Shown here: positions 11,093-19,706 of the stretch, one piece after another
Numbering within the stretch: the first letter of the stretch is position 1
Layout of the letters: every line of letters starts with the position of its first letter
From: Deltaproteobacteria bacterium
GTDB lineage: Bacteria > UBA10199 > SPLOWO2-01-44-7
DNA: 64,000 nucleotides
Assembly (NCBI GenBank): GCA_030648035.1
Contig: JAUSII010000122.1
Span: 24,537 to 88,536, forward strand
Direction: 5' to 3'
Program-made: the position numbers and the translations under genes
Notes under the pieces: generated by a model
What the model was told of the DNA's origin: nothing
The model's database searches: none
What the model saw: the letters and a program-made list of their open reading frames with translations, nothing else

Positions 11093-12358
11093 ATGACACA
11101 TCTTATTTTCATGCGGGACAAAGAGGCTGTTCTCAAACGGCCGATCGAGGGCAACCGAATCACCATCGGGCGCGACACCACCTGCGACATCCAGTTCACC
11201 GAGCCCGAAATTTCCAGACTCCATTGCATTCTTGAAAGACAAAACGGTTTCTACCGGCTGACCGACCAGAGCCGCAACGGAACCTTCGTCAACCAGAAGC
11301 GCTCCAGCGAAGTCTCGCTTCGTCCGGGCGACACCATCGGCATCGGGCCGTGGTCGCTCGAAATTATTTCCGACCCGACTCCCGCGACGGAGGAGACCTT
11401 CGTCCATGAAAAACAGAAAAAGGGGATATCGCTCTGTTCCATGCTGGGGGTTTCCAAGGCGATGCGAAATGCGTTTCAACTCATTCGCAAGGCGGCGGCG
11501 AGCCATGCCACCGTCTGTCTGGTCGGAGAATCTGGAACCGGCAAAGAATTGGCGGCCCGCTCCATTCACGATCTGGGAGAGCGCCGCGACAAACCGTTTG
11601 TCGCCGTCAATTGCGGCGCCATCCCGCAAAATTTGATTGAGAGTTTGCTCTTTGGACATGAGCGGGGCTCTTTCACCGGCGCGACCGATCGACACAGCGG
11701 TGTTTTTGAAGAGGCGAATGGCGGAACACTTTTTCTGGACGAGATTGGAGAGATGCCGGTCGATTTGCAGACGCGTCTCTTGAGAGTTTTGGAGACGCAA
11801 ACCTTGAGACGCGTGGGAGGCAAGAGCGATATCAAGGTGAATGTCCGGCTGATCGCCGCCACCAATCGCAATCTGGACGAGATGGTTGCCGACGGAAGTT
11901 TTCGGCGCGATTTGTTTTATCGTCTCTATATTTTTCCGATCACACTCGCTCCCTTGCGCGAACGACGAGACGATATCCAACTCCTCGCAAAACATTTTTT
12001 GCAGATGCTTTCACCAACGGGGGAACAATGTTCCCTTTCGAATGAGGCCATCACCAAAATGGAAAGCCACGACTGGCGCGGCAATGTGCGCGAACTCAAA
12101 AATGTGATCCAGCGCGCCATACTCCTTTCAAAAAATAAAAACATTTCCGCGAAAGAGATTGAATGTTCCCCGCCAATACAAACCGCCGTTGAAATGGGAG
12201 AGTTGAATCTGGAGGATCAGGAAAAATGGTCGATCATCGATGCGTTGAAAAAAACGAGGGGGAACCAAGCCAAAGCCGCCCGCCATCTGGGGATTGCCCG
12301 CACCACGCTCGCGTCCAAACTAAGACGCCACAAACTGGATACGAAGAATTGGCGCTAG
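11093..12358 (+). CDS. sigma-54-dependent transcriptional activator with N-terminal FHA domain
   Basis: FHA domain ([13 protein letters not shown]...SRLHC...NGTFVN), AAA+ sigma54 module ([14 protein letters not shown]-like), C-terminal Fis-type HTH. Confidence 0.9.
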   Translation: MTHLIFMRDKEAVLKRPIEGNRITIGRDTTCDIQFTEPEISRLHCILERQNGFYRLTDQSRNGTFVNQKRSSEVSLRPGDTIGIGPWSLEIISDPTPATEETFVHEKQKKGISLCSMLGVSKAMRNAFQLIRKAAASHATVCLVGESGTGKELAARSIHDLGERRDKPFVAVNCGAIPQNLIESLLFGHERGSFTGATDRHSGVFEEANGGTLFLDEIGEMPVDLQTRLLRVLETQTLRRVGGKSDIKVNVRLIAATNRNLDEMVADGSFRRDLFYRLYIFPITLAPLRERRDDIQLLAKHFLQMLSPTGEQCSLSNEAITKMESHDWRGNVRELKNVIQRAILLSKNKNISAKEIECSPPIQTAVEMGELNLEDQEKWSIIDALKKTRGNQAKAARHLGIARTTLASKLRRHKLDTKNWR

Positions 12359-12431
12359 TGTCATTGCGAGGAGCGAAGCGACGTGGCAATCCCGATGATT
12401 ACCGGGATTGCGCAGCAATGCTCGCAATGAC
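12359..12431. repeat. GTCATTGCGAG nested-palindrome element, copy 2
   Basis: Same terminal inverted repeats and internal GGCAATCCCG/CGGGATTGC palindrome. Confidence 0.8.
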
Positions 12432-12432
12432 A

Positions 12433-12864
12433 TCACTTGTGCGCATTGATATAAACTTCCCGCGCCCTGTCGAAGGCGAGCTGTTGAATTTGCTGGGGGG
12501 CCACTTCAAACAGATCAAAAACCTGATCGATCGGAAAAGTCAAGAGCGTCACCTCGGTGATGGGCCCGCCTTGCTGGGCGCGGTTGGAACGACGACCCGC
12601 CAGCGCATTTTCAAAATCTTCCCAGACATGAAAAATTTTCATCAAGACCTGGTCGTTGCGGTTGGCAAGAAAATTTCGAAGGTTGTAGCTCTTTTCCAGA
12701 TAAACAATATCTGCATTGGAGGGTTGCCATTGAATCCGCCCCTCGTCATCGACCTTGTTGGGAATCCCCAACTCGGTCATCCAGGGCAAGTCATCCCCCA
12801 CTTTCAGATCGAAATCGAGAAGGGTTGCCGTTTTCTGCTTTTCAATGGGTGTCTCAATCGCCAT
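12433..12864 (-). CDS. hypothetical protein (143 aa)
   Basis: ORF with no family-level motifs. Confidence 0.45.
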   Translation of the reverse strand: MAIETPIEKQKTATLLDFDLKVGDDLPWMTELGIPNKVDDEGRIQWQPSNADIVYLEKSYNLRNFLANRNDQVLMKIFHVWEDFENALAGRRSNRAQQGGPITEVTLLTFPIDQVFDLFEVAPQQIQQLAFDRAREVYINAHK

Positions 12865-12920
12865 AAAATAGACCTCTCTCTCCTTATTATTATCGGCAGG
12901 CGGGAGGGCAAAAGTTGCGC

Positions 12921-14813
12921 CTAGCTGCCCATTAACTTTAAGAACTCTTTTTCGCTTAAAATTCGTATGGTTACACCTGATTGTTGAAGCTTTTCTACCT
13001 TCTTTAATTTCGACCCCGCCCCGCCTCCATCCCCCACCACCAGAAAGTCGAGTTGCGAAGAGACCCCACTCGCGGCGGTTCCCCCCTTCGATTCCACCAG
13101 CTCTGTCGCTTTGGAGCGCTCCATCGACACCATCGACCCGGTGAAAAGGAACGATTTTCCGGCCATTGGCCCCGTCATTTTTCTGGCCGAGGGTTTTTCG
13201 AGTGTGACGAATTTTAAAAGGCGTTCGATCTGCGGTTTCTTCTCTTTTAACCCCTCCACGACCATCGTCGCAATTTTTTCCGCCAGAGTGTGAATTTCCG
13301 ACAACTCCTCTATTGAAACTTTGAAGAGGGCATCGAGTGTATGATATTTTTCCGCCAGAATTTTGGAGACATGTTTTCCGAGTTCTGAAATTCCAAAAGA
13401 TCGCAAAAAAACTTCGAGCGGCAGTTTTTTTCTCGACTCAATATTGGCGATGAGTTTGGCGGCGAGCTTCTCCCCCATTCTTTCCAGAGCGATAAGGTCT
13501 TCTGTTTTCAATTTATAAAAATCGGCCGGCTCCTGCACCAAGCCCTCTTCATAGAGTTGCTCAAGATGTTTTCTGCCGAAGCCGTCGATGCCGACCACCT
13601 TCACAAAATGATTCAGCTCCCCCACTTTGCTCACCGAACATTTTTGCGGATTGGTGCAATAGAGAAAATCGTCTTTCAGTTCGACCGGAGCGCCGCACGA
13701 GGGACATTTTCTGGGAGCATGCAGACTTTTTCCACCGCCGTGAATCACCTTTTCGATATTGGGGATCACCCCGCCACGCCGGACCATCAAGACTTTGCAC
13801 GGGATCGTGATCAGAAGTTTTTTGGCGAGACCAAAATTATGCAGACTCACGCGCGTGACGGTTGCGCCCGAGAGAATCACCGGATCAACCAACCCCACCG
13901 GCGTAATCGTCCCCGTGCGCGAGACGCTCCACAAAACATCTTTGAGTGTCGTCTCTCCGGAGTCACCCTGAAATTTGTAGGCGATGGCAAAACGGGGATG
14001 ATGCGCGGTGACTCCCAGCTCGTCTTGCTCCGATATTTTATTTACACGAAAGACAACGCCATCGGTTTCATAATCTTTAAGCAGGCGATCTTTAAAAAAA
14101 GTTTCGTAGGCCTCCTGCATCTTCGCTTTTGGAACAAGCTCTCCTTCTGCCACTTTAAATTTATTTTTCTCCAGCAGTCGGCGCTTCTCCACTTCTGTTT
14201 TGCAACCGGCATGGAGAAGATCATACGCGAAAAAAGAGAGCCGATAGCCTCCGGTTTTTTCGGGGTCCTTCTGTTTGATCGCGCCCGCCGCAAGATTGCG
14301 CGGGTTGGCAAAAGTCTCGCTGAATTTTTTGAAAACGGAGAGCGGCATATAGACCTCGCCGCGCACCTCCACATTTTTCAAACCTGTTTTTTGCGGAATC
14401 GAAGAAATAAATTTGACATTGGGCGTGATGACCTCTCCCTCTGTTCCCGAACCGCGCGTCAATGCAACCGACATCGCACCATCCGAACCATAGAGCAGAG
14501 CCACCGCACAGCCGTCAATCTTGGGCATCGCCACCACATCGTCATCAAACTTGTCGGCCCAGCGCAAAAGATCTTCCTCGTTGTAACATTTGTCGAGCGA
14601 GAGCATCGGCGTCTGATGCGGCATTGTCTTGGCGGCGACAGGAACATCGGACCCGATCTCTTCCAGCGCCGGAGAATCGGGCTTGAGCTTTCTTAAACTT
14701 TCAACGAGACGATCAAACTCTTCATCCGAAATGACGGGCTTGTGCGCCACAAAATAGAGCCGGTTATGCTTTCGCACCTCTTTTTCAAGTTGGGGAATCG
14801 ATATTTTTTTCAT
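12921..14813 (-). CDS. ligA: NAD-dependent DNA ligase
   Basis: Adenylation motif KIDG, Zn-finger CPSCG...C, HhH repeats and a C-terminal BRCT domain; 630 aa. Confidence 0.95.
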   Translation of the reverse strand: MKKISIPQLEKEVRKHNRLYFVAHKPVISDEEFDRLVESLRKLKPDSPALEEIGSDVPVAAKTMPHQTPMLSLDKCYNEEDLLRWADKFDDDVVAMPKIDGCAVALLYGSDGAMSVALTRGSGTEGEVITPNVKFISSIPQKTGLKNVEVRGEVYMPLSVFKKFSETFANPRNLAAGAIKQKDPEKTGGYRLSFFAYDLLHAGCKTEVEKRRLLEKNKFKVAEGELVPKAKMQEAYETFFKDRLLKDYETDGVVFRVNKISEQDELGVTAHHPRFAIAYKFQGDSGETTLKDVLWSVSRTGTITPVGLVDPVILSGATVTRVSLHNFGLAKKLLITIPCKVLMVRRGGVIPNIEKVIHGGGKSLHAPRKCPSCGAPVELKDDFLYCTNPQKCSVSKVGELNHFVKVVGIDGFGRKHLEQLYEEGLVQEPADFYKLKTEDLIALERMGEKLAAKLIANIESRKKLPLEVFLRSFGISELGKHVSKILAEKYHTLDALFKVSIEELSEIHTLAEKIATMVVEGLKEKKPQIERLLKFVTLEKPSARKMTGPMAGKSFLFTGSMVSMERSKATELVESKGGTAASGVSSQLDFLVVGDGGGAGSKLKKVEKLQQSGVTIRILSEKEFLKLMGS

Positions 14814-14821
14814 ATTAATTT

Positions 14822-14893
14822 GTCATTGCGAGGCCCGAAGGGCCGTGGCAATCCCGTAGACGCCGGGATTGCTTCGCTTTGCTCGCAATGACA
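14822..14893. repeat. GTCATTGCGAG nested-palindrome element, copy 3
   Basis: Same architecture; sits between ligA and the phosphatase gene. Confidence 0.8.
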
Positions 14894-14906
14894 ATACGGT
14901 AATTTA

Positions 14907-15533
14907 TCACGATAAAATTTTATCCGCTTCCGAAAAATAGTTGAGCGCCACCAGACGATCACCCCACTCTGTGCCGAAACGATAGATGCTTAAAGAACCG
15001 TTATCACAACCGAGCGCCTGAAGATGATCGAGCGGCATGTCGAGATAGTGGAGCAGAATCATCTTGATGACATCGGCGTGCGAAACAACAACCACCCTCT
15101 GACCCTTGTGCGTCGCGCGCATTCGCTCAACCGCATCCACCGCACGCTTCTGCGCCGTCTTCACCGACTCACCACCGGGAATTTGCACGCCGGAGGCATT
15201 GGAATGATAATCGCTAAAAATTTTGCCATGCTGCTTTCGAACTTCCTCAAAAGTGAGCCCAACCCAGTCTCCGTAGTGGACCTCCGCAACCCCGGGCTCT
15301 TCGATAACGGAGAGGCCCTTTCGATCCGCGACCAAAATCTGTGCCGTCTCTTTGGCGCGCAACATGGGGCTCGAATAAACGGCATCGATCTCCATTTTGC
15401 AAAGCCAGTTTTTGAGATCCCCCGCCTGTTTTTTGCCAACATCGTTCAACGCGATCGGATTGTGGCCCATCACACGACGAATGACGTTCCAATCGGTCTG
15501 ACCATGGCGAACAAGAAGAAGATCGAGTGACAT
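14907..15533 (-). CDS. histidine phosphatase family protein (phosphoglycerate-mutase-like)
   Basis: Catalytic RHG motif LLLVRHGQTDWN. The longer ORF would run through tRNA-His, so the internal Met was used as start. Confidence 0.8.
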   Translation of the reverse strand: MSLDLLLVRHGQTDWNVIRRVMGHNPIALNDVGKKQAGDLKNWLCKMEIDAVYSSPMLRAKETAQILVADRKGLSVIEEPGVAEVHYGDWVGLTFEEVRKQHGKIFSDYHSNASGVQIPGGESVKTAQKRAVDAVERMRATHKGQRVVVVSHADVIKMILLHYLDMPLDHLQALGCDNGSLSIYRFGTEWGDRLVALNYFSEADKILS

Positions 15534-15665
15534 AGGGATATTTTTATCGGCAAAAGCGCCAAAAAAGTAAAGAGTTGAAACTTGCCACCATTTTGGTAAA
15601 GGAGGTCGGCTTGAAAATCCCCCGCTCATGCTGAGCTTGTCGAAGCATCGAAGGGTGTAACTAAT

Positions 15666-15741
15666 GGTGGCTATAGTGTAAGGGTTAGCACAAGAGATTG
15701 TGGATCTCTTTGTACGGGTTCGAATCCCGTTAGCCACCCCA
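15666..15741 (+). tRNA. tRNA-His(GUG) with encoded G-1 and CCA
   Basis: Extra 5' G, acceptor GUGGCUA/UAGCCAC, discriminator C, anticodon loop UUGUGGA, T-loop UUCGAAU. Confidence 0.9.
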
Positions 15742-15776
15742 AAAGTGAAAAGTCAAGACTTGGACTTCACCCCTTT
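15742..15776 (+). repeat. 35-bp element AAAAGTGAAAAGTCAAGACTTGGACTTCACCCCTT (left IR of the tRNA-His cassette)
   Basis: Imperfect inverted copy at 18675-18706; related copies at 23608, 56866 and 58978. Confidence 0.7.
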
Positions 15777-16379
15777 ATGTGTGACTCCGATCTAATAAAA
15801 ATAGTTGTGACATCGTCGCTCACACTTTTTGCGACACTTTTTGTTGCATACTGTTCTCAACAATGGACTCTCAATGGTCAGAAGGAGCTAAAAGATAAAG
15901 AGGCGAGACAGCTCGCGTTTAGCGAGTTAATGGGTCTCAAGCTCATACGTCAACAGTTGTTCCTGAGTCGTTTTGAAGCTGTCGCCTATTCTGACTATCA
16001 CGAACAAAGATGGCAACTTCAAGGCGCCCAAAAGGATTCTCTGGATTTTTCAGAAGCAACCCGATGGCAACACAAGGCAGAAGATTTTGTCCAAGACATC
16101 TCAAGTAACACTGAAAAGCTCTTCAACGTTCTCGGCAGAATAACCATTCTCTTTCCAGCAACTCCAGAGATAGATCAATTGATTGAGAAACTCTATAGAT
16201 TTAAGACCCCAAAATTTAATGTAGAGGCAAAATCGATACAGGATTTGAAAAATCTAGAAGGCTGGAAGCTGGCTGTGACACTAGACCTGCAAAAGATAGT
16301 GGAGACCGAATACGGAAAGCCATTTGATGATTTGGTGACATACCTAAAACCCCAACTTCTTCAAAAGAACTGTAGATGA
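15777..16379 (+). CDS. hypothetical protein, N-terminal TM anchor (cassette gene 1)
   Basis: ORF begins immediately after the IR in low-GC DNA. Confidence 0.5.
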   Translation: MCDSDLIKIVVTSSLTLFATLFVAYCSQQWTLNGQKELKDKEARQLAFSELMGLKLIRQQLFLSRFEAVAYSDYHEQRWQLQGAQKDSLDFSEATRWQHKAEDFVQDISSNTEKLFNVLGRITILFPATPEIDQLIEKLYRFKTPKFNVEAKSIQDLKNLEGWKLAVTLDLQKIVETEYGKPFDDLVTYLKPQLLQKNCR

Positions 16380-16558
16380 GCGTTTTCGTAAAAAAACCAC
16401 CTCTAATGATAGAGTTCCAACTTATAACCCTCTTGATTATTCACAAAAGCAAGGCGGAACTTGTCAGTTCTCTACTGATTGCGGTATAGGGCAGAAATGC
16501 CTTAAGGAAAGTGGGCAGATATATGGTACATGCATATGAGGCCAACCATGAACGTGCG

Positions 16559-17926
16559 ATGTTTATCGTTAAGTTGACGATTCTTGTTTTCCTCATTATT
16601 CAATGCGTGCTTGCGTTTGGATGTGCTGGCAAACAGGTAGATTTAGTAACCGCTAAGTATACCAGCAATGACTATCCTCTTGAATATGACATAGGATTGG
16701 GAACGCTAATTTTAGAGAGGCAAAAGATTTTGAGTGGGGATAAAATTGATTCCAAAAGAAACCAGAAAAATTTAGCAGTACTTCAAGAAATAACCCAACG
16801 TCTTGCAAAGGTAAGTCATTATCCACAATTTCCGTATGAAGTTCATTTAGTTGATGCTGATGTTAATAATGCGTTCTGCGCTCCGTGCGGAAAAATTATA
16901 GTTTATGAAGGTCTATGGAATCCTTCGACTGGGTTAGTAGAACAAGGGAATAAGGCCCAACTCGCCGCTGTTTTGGCCCATGAAATTGCACATGCAAATG
17001 CACGACACGGCACAGAAGGTTTGACGCGTCATGATTGGATAAACGTATGGGTTTCTGGTTTGACAGGTGGCATTGCTGGAGCAACTGCTGGTACAAGTTA
17101 CGCAAGCTGGGGGCAATTACTCAACAGTGCTATTTCCGTTACTGGCGAAGCAATAATTCCAACTTATTCACGAAAAGATGAGCTTGAGGCGGATCAAATT
17201 GGCCTGATGTATATGGCACGGGCTGGTTATGACCCAAATGAAGCAGTTAAGTTGTGGGAAAAAGCAACAAGTGCAATGCATAATGATAAAAAAAGTGTTT
17301 TTGCTACGCATCCCACAGATGGCACACGTGCTTCAAAGCTCAAAGAACAAATGCCGTCAGCAATGTTGTACTACAATGATTCCAAAAAAGGAACGACGCC
17401 CGCAACCTATAAACTATTGGCCAACATCAATCCTGATATATACGATGTAAAACATGACTCCTGCAGTTTTAGATATAAGCAAATTGCATTGGTCGATAAC
17501 AAAAGCTACATTGCCACTCTCATGGATCATCTAAAGAGAAAAAAGAGTCAAACAAACGATCCTATTATGAAAAAAGAATTGCAAAATAGAATCGCCAATC
17601 TACAGAAGCACGGCCGCATAACTTTCTACCAAATCAATCCCAATTCCATTGGCGATGGGAAAAATGAATTTTATCAATATCCCGCTGATGACATTGAAAA
17701 TCCAATGTATGTTGAGATTCAGCCATCTGGAGAGGTGTTCTTATCGAGCGCCGCGGTGAGACCTCGCCATGTATGTAGAGGAATGCTGCCTAAACAATTT
17801 AATAGTCAGACAGAAAAGTTTCTTTGCACTTGGGACATTGACGGCAGAACTCCTATAAAATCCTTAAAGAGGTGTGAATTCTCTGTGCTTAGACGAGCAG
17901 CAATTGATAACAATGCAAAAAAATAA
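16559..17926 (+). CDS. M48-family Zn metallopeptidase (BepA/YcaL-like) lipoprotein with C-terminal extension
   Basis: HEIAH zinc site and downstream EADQIG motif; lipobox LAFGC. Start uncertain (16511 or 16559). Confidence 0.7.
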   Translation: MFIVKLTILVFLIIQCVLAFGCAGKQVDLVTAKYTSNDYPLEYDIGLGTLILERQKILSGDKIDSKRNQKNLAVLQEITQRLAKVSHYPQFPYEVHLVDADVNNAFCAPCGKIIVYEGLWNPSTGLVEQGNKAQLAAVLAHEIAHANARHGTEGLTRHDWINVWVSGLTGGIAGATAGTSYASWGQLLNSAISVTGEAIIPTYSRKDELEADQIGLMYMARAGYDPNEAVKLWEKATSAMHNDKKSVFATHPTDGTRASKLKEQMPSAMLYYNDSKKGTTPATYKLLANINPDIYDVKHDSCSFRYKQIALVDNKSYIATLMDHLKRKKSQTNDPIMKKELQNRIANLQKHGRITFYQINPNSIGDGKNEFYQYPADDIENPMYVEIQPSGEVFLSSAAVRPRHVCRGMLPKQFNSQTEKFLCTWDIDGRTPIKSLKRCEFSVLRRAAIDNNAKK

Positions 17927-18096
17927 AGAAAAAAGAGATCCACGGAGAAAGATAGGCCATCATTAAAACGACCATTTCACTACACCTTTCGTCCAAAATC
18001 CGTCGCTCATTTTTATAAAACCCCGTCACCACTCAATATAATCCATTTCACGGTTGGCATGCGGATTGCTTAGTCAACAGGCGGGAGGAAATTATT

Positions 18097-18603
18097 ATGA
18101 CAGATATTATTCCTGTGGAGCGTATTGAACAGACGATTCTTCTTGTTAGGGGACAGAAGGTCATTATGGATGTGGATTTGGCCATTCTCTACGGAGTTTC
18201 TACCAAACGACTTAATGAGCAGGTCAAACGCAATTTGGAACGTTTTCCCCACGATTTTATGTTTCAATTGAATTCGAGAGAAATGGATGAACTGGTCGCA
18301 AAATGCGACCGGTTCAAAAACCTGAAACATTCTACTGTATTGGCACATGTTTTTACCGAACATGGAGCGCTCATGTTGGCAAATCTCTTAAAAAGTCCGA
18401 TAGCGGTTCAAGCCAGCATTCATGTCGTTAGAACTTTCATTAAGCTACGAGAAATATTAGCCACCCACAAAGATCTTGCCCGCAAATTGGCCCAATTAGA
18501 AAAAACATATAATCATCAATTCAAGATGGTTTTTGAAGCGATTCGTCAATTAATGGAAACACCAACACCAAAGCCCAAGAATCCGATCGGATTTAGAAAG
18601 TGA
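18097..18603 (+). CDS. ORF6N-domain protein (phage antirepressor-like)
   Basis: N-terminal ...VRGQKVIMDVDLAILYGVSTKRLNEQVKRNLERFPHDFMFQL matches the ORF6N signature. Confidence 0.7.
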   Translation: MTDIIPVERIEQTILLVRGQKVIMDVDLAILYGVSTKRLNEQVKRNLERFPHDFMFQLNSREMDELVAKCDRFKNLKHSTVLAHVFTEHGALMLANLLKSPIAVQASIHVVRTFIKLREILATHKDLARKLAQLEKTYNHQFKMVFEAIRQLMETPTPKPKNPIGFRK

Positions 18604-18674
18604 ATCGCTATCTCTTCCGGGACAAGACCGGTTCTTGACAAGCCTGATTCGCTTATTTAGATTTCAGATGAAAG

Positions 18675-18706
18675 AAAAAGGGGTCAAGTTGGACTTTTCA
18701 CTTTTG
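18675..18706 (-). repeat. right IR of the tRNA-His cassette (inverted copy of the 35-bp element)
   Basis: Its reverse complement CAAAAGTGAAAAGTCCAACTTGACCCCTTTT matches 15742-15776. Confidence 0.65.
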
Positions 18707-18772
18707 AAATTCATCAGCTATGGACAGGAAAAAATTTAAAATTATTTTACGATGATGCCGGTTTTGTCCCCC

Positions 18773-18818
18773 TAAGGGATGCCCCCAGTCAAAAATCAGC
18801 AATGCCCTGATGGTCTCT
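18773..18818 (+). promoter_or_regulatory. regulon motif copy P8, degenerate (GCCCCCAGTCAAAAATC...TGCCCTGATGGT)
   Basis: Same orientation and spacing as the other copies; about 70 bp upstream of csbD-like 18887. Confidence 0.55.
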
Positions 18819-18886
18819 CGCTCGGTTTGTGTTATTTTTTAAAAATAAGTTCGTGCAAACCATTCAGTATTAACCAGGGAGGCATT

Positions 18887-19051
18887 ATGGCAGGAGAATT
18901 CGATAAAGCCAAAGGGCGCATTAAAAAAGCGGTCGGGGAGTTGATAGGGAATGACAAGTTGAAGCGCGAAGGTTCGATCGACAAGTTGTCGGGCAACATA
19001 AAATCAGGAGTGGATAAGGTCAAAAAAGTTTTGGAAGGAAAGAAAGTCTAA
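18887..19051 (+). CDS. CsbD-family general stress protein (54 aa)
   Basis: KAKGRIKKAVGELIGNDKLKREG...VDKVKKVL is a CsbD-like bipartite helical repeat. GGGAGG RBS present. Confidence 0.75.
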   Translation: MAGEFDKAKGRIKKAVGELIGNDKLKREGSIDKLSGNIKSGVDKVKKVLEGKKV

Positions 19052-19081
19052 TCAAGAGAATTGGTTTTTGTGTCGGCATGC

Positions 19082-19654
19082 TTAATGTTTACAGGTTATG
19101 TCTGGCTTGAAAACGTTTCCGCTCATGTGGATTTTGGTATGCAGGTCTTTGCCGTTTTTTGCCAAGAAATTAGCGAGGCCTTCTTCAAGATTGAGAAATG
19201 TTTTTTTTGCTTTTACCACCTTGCCGTCAAATAGCACTACGTCAACATCAACATCGATCTGGGTCGTCTGCACCCAACCTTTTGCCTGAATATTGGCCAT
19301 TCCCTCTATGGCAGTATACCCGCATATGAGGCTGATTTTCGGATTGAGCTCTGCCGCTGGAACACGGCTGATCTGAATTTTCTGAAAATCAAAGCGCAAT
19401 GGCAACAGCTGAAAAGTCCCTTTTGCCTCAAGAGGAGCACTTTTAGAGGAACCCTCAATGATGAACGAGATTTTTGCGAAGCCTGTGAGTTCTGTCTCCA
19501 CTTTTGTCAAATGAACGGAATAGGGGAAAAGAAAAAAATTCCCTCCCCACTTGATAAAAAAATTCCGAAATAAAAAAATAGAAAACAGGAGCAGACTGAC
19601 AACAGAAAAAACAGCAATGTAGGTTTTCATTTTCATTTTCATTTTCATTTTCAA
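19082..19654 (-). CDS. membrane-anchored hypothetical protein (possible LEA_2/WHy-like)
   Basis: N-terminal TM anchor. The 5' end is built from an (AAAATG)5 hexamer repeat encoding (MK)5. Confidence 0.5.
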   Translation of the reverse strand: MKMKMKMKMKTYIAVFSVVSLLLFSIFLFRNFFIKWGGNFFLFPYSVHLTKVETELTGFAKISFIIEGSSKSAPLEAKGTFQLLPLRFDFQKIQISRVPAAELNPKISLICGYTAIEGMANIQAKGWVQTTQIDVDVDVVLFDGKVVKAKKTFLNLEEGLANFLAKNGKDLHTKIHMSGNVFKPDITCKH

Positions 19655-19706
19655 ATTTTAAAGCTTCCAAAATCAAAGCCCACGTTAACCCCTTTGCCCG
19701 ATCCTG

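Noticed and set aside
11087-11995. 302-aa minus-strand ORF
   Set aside because: Antisense to the FHA-sigma54 activator gene; no motifs.
13557-14696. 379-aa plus-strand ORF
   Set aside because: Antisense shadow of ligA; its His/Arg-rich low-complexity translation has no motifs, whereas the ligA frame has the KIDG, Zn-finger and BRCT motifs.
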